Shown: positions 36,032-46,013 of the stretch, one piece after another | How the letters are laid out: each line of letters opens with the position of its first letter | Position numbering within the stretch: the stretch's first letter is position 1 | DNA from: an uncultured bacterium | GTDB taxonomy: Bacteria > Gemmatimonadota > Gemmatimonadetes > Gemmatimonadales > Gemmatimonadaceae | Direction: 5' to 3' | Assembly (NCBI GenBank): GCA_963978095.1 | Contig: CAXBQP010000003.1 | Coordinates: 65,868-129,867 of the forward strand | Length of the DNA: 64,000 nucleotides | The notes under the pieces: generated by a model | Database searches by the model: none | Seen by the model: the letters and a program-made list of their open reading frames with translations, nothing else | What the model was told of the DNA's origin: nothing | Made by a program: the position numbers and the translations under genes

Positions 36032-37317
36032 CGGCGACGGCATTCCGAATTACTCCGCCGCATCGTCGTGATCTGCTGCTGACCCTGTGGCTCGCACTCC
36101 TCGGTGCGGACCGACTCGACCTCTTCGGCGGCGCGACGACGTTTTCGTTGACGCCATTTTTGGCGCTCACCCCGGTGCTCGTCGTGCGTCTGCTCGTCGG
36201 TCGCCTGCGGGTCCCGACCGCGCTCGCGATTCCGCGACCGGCATTGAAGTACGTCGCGTTGGTATGCGCGCTGGTTGTCGTGGCGGGGCTGTCAGTGTTC
36301 GTCAGCCCCGATCCGTCGCTCTCTGCCCAACGAACGTTCTTGTTGGCGGTCCAGATCGTCGGGAGCCTGGTGGTCGTGCTGCTCCGCCCCGACTTGCGTG
36401 CGGACCCTGAGCGCATGCTGCCCGGCGTCAAACTCGGATTGCTGCTGTTCGTGGTCTTCAACGTCATGCAAGGGCTCACCTTCCTCGGACGCCTTCCGCA
36501 GGACATTCACCTCGGTCCGATCGTGCTGCACACGATCGCCTCCGAGTATGCAGGGTTGGTGCCGCGTCTCTCCGGTAGCGCCTTCGATCCGAATCGCGGC
36601 GGGATCCTCCTGGTGTTCTACTTGGCGATCGTGCTGCAGGTGCGTAAGCGGTCACTTGCGCGATCACACAATTTGTCCGGAACACCGTGGGTGCTGTTGA
36701 TTCTCCTGTTGCTTCTGGGCACACTTTCCCGCTCGTCCGTGCTGGCAGCCACCATTCTCGTGGTCCTGACCATCCTGCAACGGTCGCGGCTTCGCCTGCA
36801 TCCCGCGTCCGTTATCGTCGGCGCGATGATCGTGCTTGGCAGTGCGGTGTATCTCGTGTTCGTACCGCGGACGTTCGGTTTGCTTGCGCGCGCGAGCGCA
36901 CCATTGGCCTCGCGTTTCTCGGTCGCCGAGGGCTCCGCACAGGGACACATGGCGTTGCTGAGGCGAGGCATCGCTGACGCGACGTCCAGTGTGCCAACGT
37001 TGGCCATCGGACGCGGGTTCGGGAGTTCCTACGTGTTCCTGCAAGATCTGTTTCCGGGGAGCCGCTACGGAAACTATCACTCGCTGTACGTATCAATGTT
37101 CGCCGAGAGCGGTATCGTGGCGCTGGCCCTCGTGCTCGTGATTGCGCTCGTCCCGGCCGTTCGTGCGGGGCCGTACCGTCCGCTGGTTGCTGCGCTCGCG
37201 GTCTTCAATGTATTCTACCAACTCACGACCGAGCCGCTGTTCTGGACGATCATCGCACTGAGCTGGAGCACCCTGGTGATTCACGACGCTTCGCACGTAC
37301 GACGGACGGAGGCGTGA
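36028..37317 (+). CDS. O-antigen ligase/polymerase (Wzy_C) family membrane protein
   Basis: RL.G...DPN, TLSRS, IG.GFG and HS.Y.....E.GI. Confidence 0.85.
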   Translation: MTATAFRITPPHRRDLLLTLWLALLGADRLDLFGGATTFSLTPFLALTPVLVVRLLVGRLRVPTALAIPRPALKYVALVCALVVVAGLSVFVSPDPSLSAQRTFLLAVQIVGSLVVVLLRPDLRADPERMLPGVKLGLLLFVVFNVMQGLTFLGRLPQDIHLGPIVLHTIASEYAGLVPRLSGSAFDPNRGGILLVFYLAIVLQVRKRSLARSHNLSGTPWVLLILLLLLGTLSRSSVLAATILVVLTILQRSRLRLHPASVIVGAMIVLGSAVYLVFVPRTFGLLARASAPLASRFSVAEGSAQGHMALLRRGIADATSSVPTLAIGRGFGSSYVFLQDLFPGSRYGNYHSLYVSMFAESGIVALALVLVIALVPAVRAGPYRPLVAALAVFNVFYQLTTEPLFWTIIALSWSTLVIHDASHVRRTEA

Positions 37318-38258
37318 GGCCGGTGCGACGTGTGGTCATACCCATTCGGCTCGTGGCGCTGTTTGTGCTCGTGGTGATCATGGCGTGCGATCAGTGGGTC
37401 ACCAGTCCCGCACGGTACCATTCCGTGACGGTCAAGGTGGCGAGTGCTCGCGGAGTGCCGATTCCCGGTGTTCGGCTTTTGCTCTATACCGGTCCTCGGA
37501 CCATGGGATATGGTCGGACGGATGCGAGCGGCGGCTACGTGTTCGCGGATGTCCCGGATGGCGAATACGGCGTATGGGCCGACAGCCTGCCAGCGGGATA
37601 CCACGGGCCAGAAGCCCTGATCGGCGGACCGCTCTCGACGCTGCGTGATGGACTGACGGTGAGTCCAACATCCAGTCCGGTGGTGTCGTTCACCTTGGTG
37701 CATGAAGGGCCTGGCACGGTGGTGGTGCGCGTGACGAAGCCCGACGGCACACCGCTCCCGGCCATTCCCGTGAGCCTCAACGACAACTTCGCGCACTGGC
37801 GCGGGGGGCAAACCGACTCGACCGGCAAGTACGTGTTCACCGATGTTCCGTACGGGTTGTACTTCGCCAGCGTCCCGAATCCGGACCGTTTCGAAACGCC
37901 GACCTCACCGGCGCTGCTGTTCAGCCGGGCGATCCCCATCGACAGTGGCGCGCGGGACTCGGTGGCGATGCAGATCTCGCCGTGCACCGGCTCCGTTGCC
38001 ATTCGCGTCCTCGGCGGGAACGGCTCCGCTGTTGCGGGATTCCCGGTGCGATTGTACACGGCCACCGCGATTCTGCAGGAGACCACCACCGATGCGACCG
38101 GCAGCTATACGTTCGCCAACTTGCAGTGTGGTGAGTATGGCGTCGCGATACGGCCGAAGGCGGGTTACACGTACGTGGATGCATTGGGGCAGGCGTACAA
38201 CTCCGTGATCATCAAGCGCGGGACGTCAACCACCTTCACGTACCGCGTCTCGCCCTAG
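37314..38258 (+). CDS. Lipoprotein with three prealbumin/carboxypeptidase-regulatory-like repeats
   Basis: Lipobox IMAC; three units TDASGGYVFADVP.G.Y, TDSTGKYVFTDVP.G.Y and TDATGSYTFANL..G.Y. Confidence 0.8.
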   Translation: MRPVRRVVIPIRLVALFVLVVIMACDQWVTSPARYHSVTVKVASARGVPIPGVRLLLYTGPRTMGYGRTDASGGYVFADVPDGEYGVWADSLPAGYHGPEALIGGPLSTLRDGLTVSPTSSPVVSFTLVHEGPGTVVVRVTKPDGTPLPAIPVSLNDNFAHWRGGQTDSTGKYVFTDVPYGLYFASVPNPDRFETPTSPALLFSRAIPIDSGARDSVAMQISPCTGSVAIRVLGGNGSAVAGFPVRLYTATAILQETTTDATGSYTFANLQCGEYGVAIRPKAGYTYVDALGQAYNSVIIKRGTSTTFTYRVSP

Positions 38259-39451
38259 AGATCACCGGCCGTGCGACACACCGCGCGCAATCGGTCGCTG
38301 ACGGTCGTCGCCCACCGCGCCCAGTTCTGCGTTGCGTCATGATGGGCGCGTGCCGATACGCTGAGCGCCGTGTATCGTGTGTCGTCGTGAAAGAGTGGCG
38401 CGATCACATCCGCATAGGCCTCCTCGGTCGCATCGTGAGGCAGGAGATGCCCTGTCACTCCTTCCACGACGGCCGCGGCGACGCCGCCCGTGTCGGTCGC
38501 GATCGATGGAGTTCCGCACGCGGCCGCTTCCGCAAAAACGATCCCGTAGCAATCATTTCGCGTGGGGACGAGCACGACCCGCGCATCGAGCATGAGCGAG
38601 ACGAGCCGTGCCTGTTGGGCCGGCACATTCTTGTCGAGGGTGTCGATGACGGTCATCCACGGACGCCGATCCTGATCCGGCGGCACGGTGCCGCAGATCG
38701 TCAGGGTTGCGGCGATTCCGCGGGCTCGGAGAATCTCCACCACGCGGACCGCAATCGGCCCTCCCTTGTCCCGCCATGTGGTGCCGACGAACACCACGTG
38801 CACCGATGCCCGTGCCTTCGCCTCCCGGATCTCCGACGTCGTCGGAACCCGGTCGAGATTCGGGCCGAACGGGGCAATGCACACGCGATCCGCAGGTACG
38901 TCACAGGCCTCAGTGGCGCTCGCGGCGGCCCACACCGACGGATAGCTGATCACCGACGCGCGGGCCAATGCCCGCTGCTCCACCGTGCGCGCCTCGGCGG
39001 CGTAGGACGGGGTGAACCGGCTGAAGCCTGGGTGATACTCCTGCAGGAGCGGAATGGTCGCGTCCCCTGCATACAACACCGGAACGTCCGGAGCGAGCGC
39101 ACTCAGCTCCGTGCTCGCGAAGGGCGCGAAGATGGCATCGACCGGACCAAGCGCGCGCAGCCGCGGGGCGAACTGTCGTGCATAGGCCCGTGAGAGCGCA
39201 TCGGAATGTTCGAACGGCCAGCGTCGCCCGGTGGTGAGCGTCGAAACTCGGCTCCGGAGCCTCCGCCACCGTTCCGCGATGGGACGCACGGGCCCTAGCG
39301 GGATCACCTCGTGTCCGAGGGCGCGCAGCGCTCGGCACATGTAGAACGGCGTTCCCGACGTCGCGCGGCGGTCGAGGGGATCGTTGGCCGAGAGTACGGC
39401 GATGCGCAGACCTCCGCGCTCGCGTGTGGTGCTCAGCGTCGATCGCTCCAC
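38255..39451 (-). CDS. GT4 glycosyltransferase
   Basis: SGTP; KGG; DCYGIVFAEAAACGTP.IATDTGGV. Start uncertain. Confidence 0.9.
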   Translation of the reverse strand: MERSTLSTTRERGGLRIAVLSANDPLDRRATSGTPFYMCRALRALGHEVIPLGPVRPIAERWRRLRSRVSTLTTGRRWPFEHSDALSRAYARQFAPRLRALGPVDAIFAPFASTELSALAPDVPVLYAGDATIPLLQEYHPGFSRFTPSYAAEARTVEQRALARASVISYPSVWAAASATEACDVPADRVCIAPFGPNLDRVPTTSEIREAKARASVHVVFVGTTWRDKGGPIAVRVVEILRARGIAATLTICGTVPPDQDRRPWMTVIDTLDKNVPAQQARLVSLMLDARVVLVPTRNDCYGIVFAEAAACGTPSIATDTGGVAAAVVEGVTGHLLPHDATEEAYADVIAPLFHDDTRYTALSVSARAHHDATQNWARWATTVSDRLRAVCRTAGDL

Positions 39452-41001
39452 AGTTCCAGGAACACGCCGAGTCCGAGGGCGGCCGCCGCGGCGATGAGCG
39501 CGCCAAGCACGAGCTGGACCAGCGGCTTCGGAAACTCGGGGTCGTCCGCACTCGCGACGAGTGGGGCGTCGATGATCCGAATGCGTTGCAGACGGATGGC
39601 ATCCGCGATCTCGGCCTGTTTCAGCTGCTTGAGCAGGAGCAGGTACGTCTCGCTCGCGATCGTCCGATCACGTACGAGCCGGATGTATTGCATCTGCTGC
39701 TCGGGGAGGATCCGCGTGGTGTCCGCGATGGCGCGTATCTGCTGTGATGCGGTGGCGAGCTGCTGGTCGAGCCCTTCCAGATACTGATCACTGATCCGCT
39801 GCAGTTGGCGTTCCAGATCGGCGACGCGCTGGTTCAGTCCGCGGACTTCGTCATTGTCCTCGGTGCGGCGTACCGCGAGCTCGGCGCGCTTGTTCTCGAG
39901 CGTGATGAGCGAGTTGAGCAGATCCTGGATTCCCTTGTTCGCGATCAGGGACGGGAAGGTCGCCAGCTGTCGATACGCACCGGGCTCGCGACCGCCCTGT
40001 GCCCGCGGACGTACCAGGTCGATCATTTGGGCCAGTGCGCGGCGCTCGATGGTGAGCGCATCGACCTGGGCGTTGAGGAGAGCGACGCGTTTGACTTGCT
40101 GGTTGGCCTGTTCCTCGGGCGCCAAGACCTGCGCTGACTGTTGATACTGGCGCAGCGCCTCTTCCGCATCGCGCACCCGGGCTTTCTGATCGTTCGCCTG
40201 TTGGCGGAGCTCGGAGACCTGACTGGTGGCATCGTTCGATTCGCGTTGCTCGGTCTCGCGCATGAACTGCGAGATCACCTGGCGCACGACCGCTGCGGCG
40301 AGGTGGCGGTCCTCGTCCTCGAACGACACCAGCACGAGGCGGGATCCACCGTCCTGACGGCGTACCTCCATCCGCTTGTCGACATGGGCGCGAATCCGAT
40401 AGCGCGGCAGGATGTCGAGGACGATGCGTGTCGGAGCCGAGGAATCAGGATTGACCCGGAGACGGAGGCCGCCAAGGCGCAGGGTGTCGCCGCGGGCGAG
40501 TACCGGCGGCGGGGGCGGCGCGCCTTTCCATTTGTCCGCGATGACGCGATAGCCGCCGTCGGCCGCACGCTCCAGGGTAAGGCGCCCACCAGCGTCGAGC
40601 TCTCCCACCGTGGCGAGCTCCAGGAAGCGGCGACCGTCCTTCGGCTCGCGCACCCGCACGGCCAGCGAGAAACTGTCGATGGCGGCGTCCGCCAGATGCC
40701 GACTGTGGAGGACGCCGATCTCCGTTTCGAGTTCGTCTTTGCCGAGGCCTGCCAGGCTCGCCCCAGGGAGGGACTGCAGCTGGTCGAGCATGCCACCGCC
40801 CGCCCCTGATCGACTGTCGATGCGCAGGAGCGCCGCGCTCAGATAGCGCGGTGCGGCGGTGAAGGTCCACGCGGCAACGGCACCGAAGATCAGCACGGCG
40901 ACGGCCAGCATCGGGCGCCACCGACGAGCCACGCGCTGCGACAGTTCGCGGAGCGATGGATCGTGGAGCGACGGCTCCTGGGACGACGCCGGTGCGGTCA
41001 C
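39433..41001 (-). CDS. Polysaccharide co-polymerase (GumC/Wzc-like) without a kinase domain
   Basis: N-terminal TM followed by P.Y.S, ETEI..L.S, long coiled coil, IID.P...P..P and a C-terminal TM. Ends with no Walker A motif or Tyr cluster. Confidence 0.88.
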   Translation of the reverse strand: MTAPASSQEPSLHDPSLRELSQRVARRWRPMLAVAVLIFGAVAAWTFTAAPRYLSAALLRIDSRSGAGGGMLDQLQSLPGASLAGLGKDELETEIGVLHSRHLADAAIDSFSLAVRVREPKDGRRFLELATVGELDAGGRLTLERAADGGYRVIADKWKGAPPPPPVLARGDTLRLGGLRLRVNPDSSAPTRIVLDILPRYRIRAHVDKRMEVRRQDGGSRLVLVSFEDEDRHLAAAVVRQVISQFMRETEQRESNDATSQVSELRQQANDQKARVRDAEEALRQYQQSAQVLAPEEQANQQVKRVALLNAQVDALTIERRALAQMIDLVRPRAQGGREPGAYRQLATFPSLIANKGIQDLLNSLITLENKRAELAVRRTEDNDEVRGLNQRVADLERQLQRISDQYLEGLDQQLATASQQIRAIADTTRILPEQQMQYIRLVRDRTIASETYLLLLKQLKQAEIADAIRLQRIRIIDAPLVASADDPEFPKPLVQLVLGALIAAAAALGLGVFLELWSDRR

Positions 41002-42648
41002 TTAGAAACCCTTGGCAGGAGAGAGCACGATGGAAAGTGTACGATTCCGGAAGTCTATGCCAGCGCTCGACCCGGTCTTCTCGTCGGCCAAGAAGGCCTG
41101 ATACAGGTAGTTCAACCTTACGGAGTTCTGGAACTCCGCGCCCACCCGCATCCCACGCCACACCACGTGTCCTCGGATACCGAGGAACATCGTGATGTCT
41201 TCGCGCTTGACCGGCGGAATGATTGGCTCGAAGAGCATGCCATTGTCGTAGCGAATGCGTCCGCCGAACATCCCGGCGCTCCATCGTGTCCGCAGGAGAT
41301 CCAGGCTCGCGAATTGACTACTTGACCCCGGGCCGATGGCGGCACCGAGCATCTGGCCGTCCTGTGTGAAACCCTGCGGGACGGCGTGGCTCGTGTAGGA
41401 GGTCAGGAGGTTCGGCTGAAATCGCAGCGAGGGGCTTGGTTCGAAGTACGTGGCCTCGACGCGGAACCGCATCGTGGTGGCACTGTCGCCGAGCGGACGC
41501 ACCATCTGTGCGCCGATCGTGTAGCCTTGGGAGTGTGCGGGCTGCTCGAGCAGGTCGCGGAAGGAGATCGGCTGCTCGGTCCTCGCCCACTCGAACCAGG
41601 TGTCGAACCCATCCTCCGGCAGGGCGAGGCGACCGAAGAGAGCGAAGATCTGATCGGGTGCGGTGTAGTTGCCCGGGTGCTTCGGCTGCGTGTTCGGACG
41701 GCCGACATCATGGAACACGTTGAAGGCCGTTCCCAGCGAGATGTCATTGGAGACGACCGGCGTCATGACCAATCGCGTAACACCGAACTCAGCGTGGCGG
41801 GTGTGGGGTGGCCGCCAGGTGGCGACGATCCCGCTGAGTGCGCGGGAGTTGTTGGTGGAGTCGTAGTCGAAATAGTTCGATTCGCTGAGTCGCCCCAGGA
41901 ACCACTGCGCGTCGAAGGTGCCGTAGCGTGTCGGCACCGGCTGCCGCGTGCGCAGGAAGAGGCGCGGCACGCCGGCGGCATTCGGTCCGAGCACCAGCGC
42001 ATTGCGCACACTGGGCCCCCACCACTGGTTCTCGGCGGTGACGCCGGTGACGACCGGTCCGATGTCGACCGAGAGACTGCTCTGACCGCTGACCGTGCGG
42101 CGCCGTCCGATGTCGCCGAATCGAAGCGGGAGATCGATGGATTCCGGCAGTCCGTGGAAGGGATTCGCCCAGATGGAGCGCGCGCCCTTGTCGGCGTAGG
42201 GAATCGTCTGGAAATCCCGGTTCTCTTCGTTGATGATTTCCGGCGCGGCAATCAGGCGGACCGGGCCGGCTTCCAACACCAGGCCGATGCGCAGGACCGT
42301 ATTCATGCCGCGGCCCGCGAAGAGCGCCCCGTCGTTCTGCGACCAGGGGAGCTGCGAATTCCACACGGTGCGGTATTCCGGCGCGACCAGATCGAAGTGC
42401 ACCAGTCCATCGCGCGGCGATCGTGCCAAGCGGGTCGACACGGACCGCATCAGGTAGCTTGTCGCCGTGCTGTCGGTCGTCTGACGGAGCGCGGAACGCG
42501 TGCGTCCGATCTCATCGAGTTCCTGCCCCGGGACTTCGAGCGCGATGAGTCGCTGCTGCGCAGGGGCCTGCCCCCAAGCGAGCTTGGGAACGACCATCAC
42601 GGCCAGCGCCAACAGGAGCGACCGACGCGTGAGGTGACGGAACCGCAT
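41002..42648 (-). CDS. Capsule assembly Wzi family outer-membrane protein
   Basis: IDLPLRFGD, ENQWWGP...NAL.L..NA.G.P, G..LGA.IGPG; ends in F. Start ATG 42648. Confidence 0.82.
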   Translation of the reverse strand: MRFRHLTRRSLLLALAVMVVPKLAWGQAPAQQRLIALEVPGQELDEIGRTRSALRQTTDSTATSYLMRSVSTRLARSPRDGLVHFDLVAPEYRTVWNSQLPWSQNDGALFAGRGMNTVLRIGLVLEAGPVRLIAAPEIINEENRDFQTIPYADKGARSIWANPFHGLPESIDLPLRFGDIGRRRTVSGQSSLSVDIGPVVTGVTAENQWWGPSVRNALVLGPNAAGVPRLFLRTRQPVPTRYGTFDAQWFLGRLSESNYFDYDSTNNSRALSGIVATWRPPHTRHAEFGVTRLVMTPVVSNDISLGTAFNVFHDVGRPNTQPKHPGNYTAPDQIFALFGRLALPEDGFDTWFEWARTEQPISFRDLLEQPAHSQGYTIGAQMVRPLGDSATTMRFRVEATYFEPSPSLRFQPNLLTSYTSHAVPQGFTQDGQMLGAAIGPGSSSQFASLDLLRTRWSAGMFGGRIRYDNGMLFEPIIPPVKREDITMFLGIRGHVVWRGMRVGAEFQNSVRLNYLYQAFLADEKTGSSAGIDFRNRTLSIVLSPAKGF

Positions 42649-42753
42649 CAAGGGGGACCCGGAATCAGGGCAATGGGGAGGTAGCCAGCGGTCAGCGACA
42701 TCGACTAATGTTCGGGCGACGGCCGACCCATAATCATAACTCTCGGACAACGA

Positions 42754-44388
42754 ATGCGAGACACCGGTACGGGTTGGCGCGCCACGCTTGCGGGAGGCGT
42801 GTTCGCCCTGTTCGCGGGGCTGTCGCCGATGCAGGCGCAAACGTCCCGACTCGACCTCGGCGGCATGTTGCAGGTCGGGGGCGAGGCGGAACGGTATCTG
42901 CGGGTGCTGCAGATCGCAGGGGAAGTTCCGCTGCAGCTCTGGTCCGCGCAGCCATTCACCGCCCGGGAAGTGTCCACCCTCACGCCACGCGGCGATCATC
43001 CGTGGCGCGCACGATTCGCGGATCACGACAGCATCGGCGCGAAGCGGTGGACATGGCTACGGCCGGACGCCCGTGTGTGGTTGAACACGGGGTTCCCCGT
43101 GCGCGACATGGAAGGGCCGGCATGGTCGGGCCGCGGGTTGAACGCGCAGGTACAGTGGGGGGGGACGGGGTCGTTCTGGCGCTTCCGGTATCAACTCGCG
43201 CCGGTGGCGTTCGTGAACCAGAATGCGGGGTTCACGGTGGCGCCGAGTGATTTCCCCAACGCGGATCCCCGCCACGACGGGAACATCGATTTGCCGCAGC
43301 GCTTCGGCGACGGGATGTACGGACGCGTCGATCTCGGCGAGAGCTCGTTGCAACTCGAGCTGCCCGTACTGCTGGTGTCCCTCTCGAACCAAGTGCAGCG
43401 CTGGGGACCGGGACGCAGCTACGCGTTGATTCTGAGTCCGAATGGCGGGGGGTTTCCTCACCTGACGCTGGCCACCCCTCGTCCGGTGTCGGTTGGAATC
43501 GGGAAAGTCCAACTTCGGTATATGGCCGGAACACTCGGTCAGTCCTCTTTTTCACCCCACAGCGCGGCGCATCCGGATCGTGTTACGGCGGCAGTCGTAG
43601 GTTCCTTCGTGCCGCGCTGGATCGAGGGACTGGAAATCGGCGCCATCAAGTGGAATGAGATGTGGATGCCGAAGACCGTGACGTGGTCCGAGCTCAGCCG
43701 CCCGCTAACGGGCGGATTCAACAGAAACTTTGGAACGGGTGCCGAGAACATCAATATCCCCGGCGATAATGGGATGGCGTCCGCGTTCTTCCGCTGGGTC
43801 GCACCGCGAGCGGGGGCGGAAATTTTCGGCGAAATTTACCGGGAAGATTATGCGGGTGACATGCGTACCTTGCTGGAGAAGCCGGATGATCTTGCGTCGA
43901 TCATGCTGGGCTTTCAATACGCCGTCATGAGAACGCCAGACCGAATTCGAACACTCCGTGCGGAAATCGTGAACGGGCAACTCGCACACCAGGAGCGCGG
44001 TCAGCGGGGTTTTTCCGCTTCCGAACCACCCTATCTTCACTCGGAGGTTGTGCAAGGCCACACCCTCCGCGGTCAACTGCTCGGCGCCGACGACGCCTAT
44101 GGAGGCGCGGGTTTCCGCCTGGCGGTCGAAGACTTCACACCGGCCGGCCGATCATCCTGGACCTTCCAGCGCAGTCTCGTGATGGAAGATGAGCCCTATC
44201 TTTCCCGCACGACGGACGTCCGCCCCGCTGATGTGCGCTATTCGCTCCGCTTCGAACGGATGACGTTTGCGGGGGACCGCGACTTCACGCTCACCATCAT
44301 GCCGTCCTACGAGTTGAACCGGTACACGATCGCCAACAACGACCAGTTCAATCTGTATGTCGCTGCCGGGATTCGCGGCTGGCGCTGA
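42754..44388 (+). CDS. Second Wzi family protein, divergently transcribed
   Basis: IDLPQRFGD, WGPG....LILS.N..GFPH, H....QGHT..GQLLG; signal peptide. Confidence 0.8.
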   Translation: MRDTGTGWRATLAGGVFALFAGLSPMQAQTSRLDLGGMLQVGGEAERYLRVLQIAGEVPLQLWSAQPFTAREVSTLTPRGDHPWRARFADHDSIGAKRWTWLRPDARVWLNTGFPVRDMEGPAWSGRGLNAQVQWGGTGSFWRFRYQLAPVAFVNQNAGFTVAPSDFPNADPRHDGNIDLPQRFGDGMYGRVDLGESSLQLELPVLLVSLSNQVQRWGPGRSYALILSPNGGGFPHLTLATPRPVSVGIGKVQLRYMAGTLGQSSFSPHSAAHPDRVTAAVVGSFVPRWIEGLEIGAIKWNEMWMPKTVTWSELSRPLTGGFNRNFGTGAENINIPGDNGMASAFFRWVAPRAGAEIFGEIYREDYAGDMRTLLEKPDDLASIMLGFQYAVMRTPDRIRTLRAEIVNGQLAHQERGQRGFSASEPPYLHSEVVQGHTLRGQLLGADDAYGGAGFRLAVEDFTPAGRSSWTFQRSLVMEDEPYLSRTTDVRPADVRYSLRFERMTFAGDRDFTLTIMPSYELNRYTIANNDQFNLYVAAGIRGWR

Positions 44389-44403
44389 CCGGGCCCTGCC
44401 GGA

Positions 44404-45045
44404 TCACCGGCGGATGATCGAGACCAGGATTCCGGTCAGAGACAGGGCGGCTGAGGCCACGAACGCGCTGTTCCGGTCGAACCACGACAGGCGATCGACA
44501 TACACCTGATCGCCGCTGCGCACGTCCGCCGCGAAGATCAGGCTGTCGACGGGCGCCTGCTTCACGATCGTCCGACCGTCCCGCACGATGCGCACCCGCC
44601 GCAGGTCACCCTGCACGTTGGCGCCTCCGGCCAGCGCCACGGCGCTCGCGAAGGTCATCGTCGGATCCAGCAGGATTTGTCCGGGCTTCGCGACTTCGCC
44701 GAGGACCAGCACGCGCCGCATCGGCGTGAGCGTCACGGAGGGATTCTTCAACTGCCGCGCGTATCCGTCGAGCAGCGAGTCCCGAACGACGATCCATGGC
44801 ATCGTGGTGACGGCCCGTTGGCCGATGAGCGGCAGGATCAAACGGCCGGCTTCATCCACCCTGAAATCGCCGCTCATTTCCTTCTCGCGCCAGACGAGCA
44901 CCTTCACCACGTCACCGGGCCGTAGAACGAATGCCGGATTGTCCTGGGCAGATGCCGCGGACGCCGCGAGCGCACAGGCCGCAACGAGCCCGAGCAACCG
45001 ACGGGCGAACGGGACGCAACCGAACGAGCGACAGGAGTTGATCAC
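44404..45045 (-). CDS. Polysaccharide export protein (Wza/OPX; Poly_export plus SLBB)
   Basis: LRPGDV..V.VW, VD..G...LPLIG, VLGEV.KPG and A.AGG. Confidence 0.88.
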   Translation of the reverse strand: MINSCRSFGCVPFARRLLGLVAACALAASAASAQDNPAFVLRPGDVVKVLVWREKEMSGDFRVDEAGRLILPLIGQRAVTTMPWIVVRDSLLDGYARQLKNPSVTLTPMRRVLVLGEVAKPGQILLDPTMTFASAVALAGGANVQGDLRRVRIVRDGRTIVKQAPVDSLIFAADVRSGDQVYVDRLSWFDRNSAFVASAALSLTGILVSIIRR

Positions 45046-45116
45046 AGAGGTACGCTAACGTCTGTCAGCGGTTCGTGGCTAGTGGGGCGCGCCCGCGCAC
45101 CGCTGGTCGCGTGCGA

Positions 45117-46013
45117 CTACGGCGACAGCGCCCCCTTCCACAGCGCCGTCAGGCGCGCCCGATCCCCGGCGAGCAGATACCGAAACGCGGTGAGGGCGCG
45201 CGTCGGCCAGAACCAGGCATGAAAGCGGATCCGCTGCACGACCCCAAGATGCGTCCGCACCAGCCGCCGCCGATTGCGATCACGCATGGTGATCTGGAAT
45301 GGCGAATCCGACGTTCCGCGGGCGGGCACCTTATGCAACAGTCGTGCGGCCGGAACCCAGCCGAGCCGCCATCCGGACTGCATCGCCCGAACCCCCCACT
45401 CGACATCTTCCAGATATGCGAAGTAGTCCGCGCGGAATCCGCCCAGGGAACGAAGGGCCTCGGCCCGCATCAACAGTGCGCACCCGCTCAGGAACGTGCA
45501 CGGTACCAGCGCTGGCGCATCGGGTCGCGGCGAATCCAGATGACTGACCCCGAGTCCCTTGGTCGCCGAGAAGTGACCGCCAGCCCACCACATCTGATCA
45601 GGGTGCGCATGACGCACGATCGTTGGAGCCACCGCCGCCATGGCCGGTGACGACTCGAGCGCGGCGAGGAGGGTCTGGAGGCAACCGGCCGGCACCACGG
45701 TGTCGTTGTTGAGCACGAACACGAACTCGGCCCCGTGGTCGAGCGCCCACGCGATCCCCGCATTGTTGCCCCCCGCGTAACCCAGATTCTCCGCCGTCTG
45801 CAGATATGCCACGCCGGGGAAGTGGGCGTGCAACCGCGCGCCGCTGCCGTCCTCCGAGGCATTGTCCACCAGCAGGATCGTGTGCGGTGCGGAACGGTCT
45901 GCGTCGAGCGACGCAAGGCACTCGCGGGTGTCCGCCTCGCGGTTCCAGTTGAGGACCACGACCACCACGCGCTCCACGGTCCCGGTCGCGGCGACGCTTA
46001 CGGCGACGCTCAC
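45117..46013 (-). CDS. GT2 glycosyltransferase
   Basis: VLNWN, VDNAS.DGS, NLGYAGGNN, LNND, SGCALL and FAYLEDVE. Confidence 0.92.
   Translation of the reverse strand: MSVAVSVAATGTVERVVVVVLNWNREADTRECLASLDADRSAPHTILLVDNASEDGSGARLHAHFPGVAYLQTAENLGYAGGNNAGIAWALDHGAEFVFVLNNDTVVPAGCLQTLLAALESSPAMAAVAPTIVRHAHPDQMWWAGGHFSATKGLGVSHLDSPRPDAPALVPCTFLSGCALLMRAEALRSLGGFRADYFAYLEDVEWGVRAMQSGWRLGWVPAARLLHKVPARGTSDSPFQITMRDRNRRRLVRTHLGVVQRIRFHAWFWPTRALTAFRYLLAGDRARLTALWKGALSP

Noticed and set aside
42677..42685. GGAGGTAGC resembling an ops/JUMPStart element between the wzi genes
   Set aside because: Mismatch in the GGCGGTAG core and no downstream TG or JUMPStart stem.
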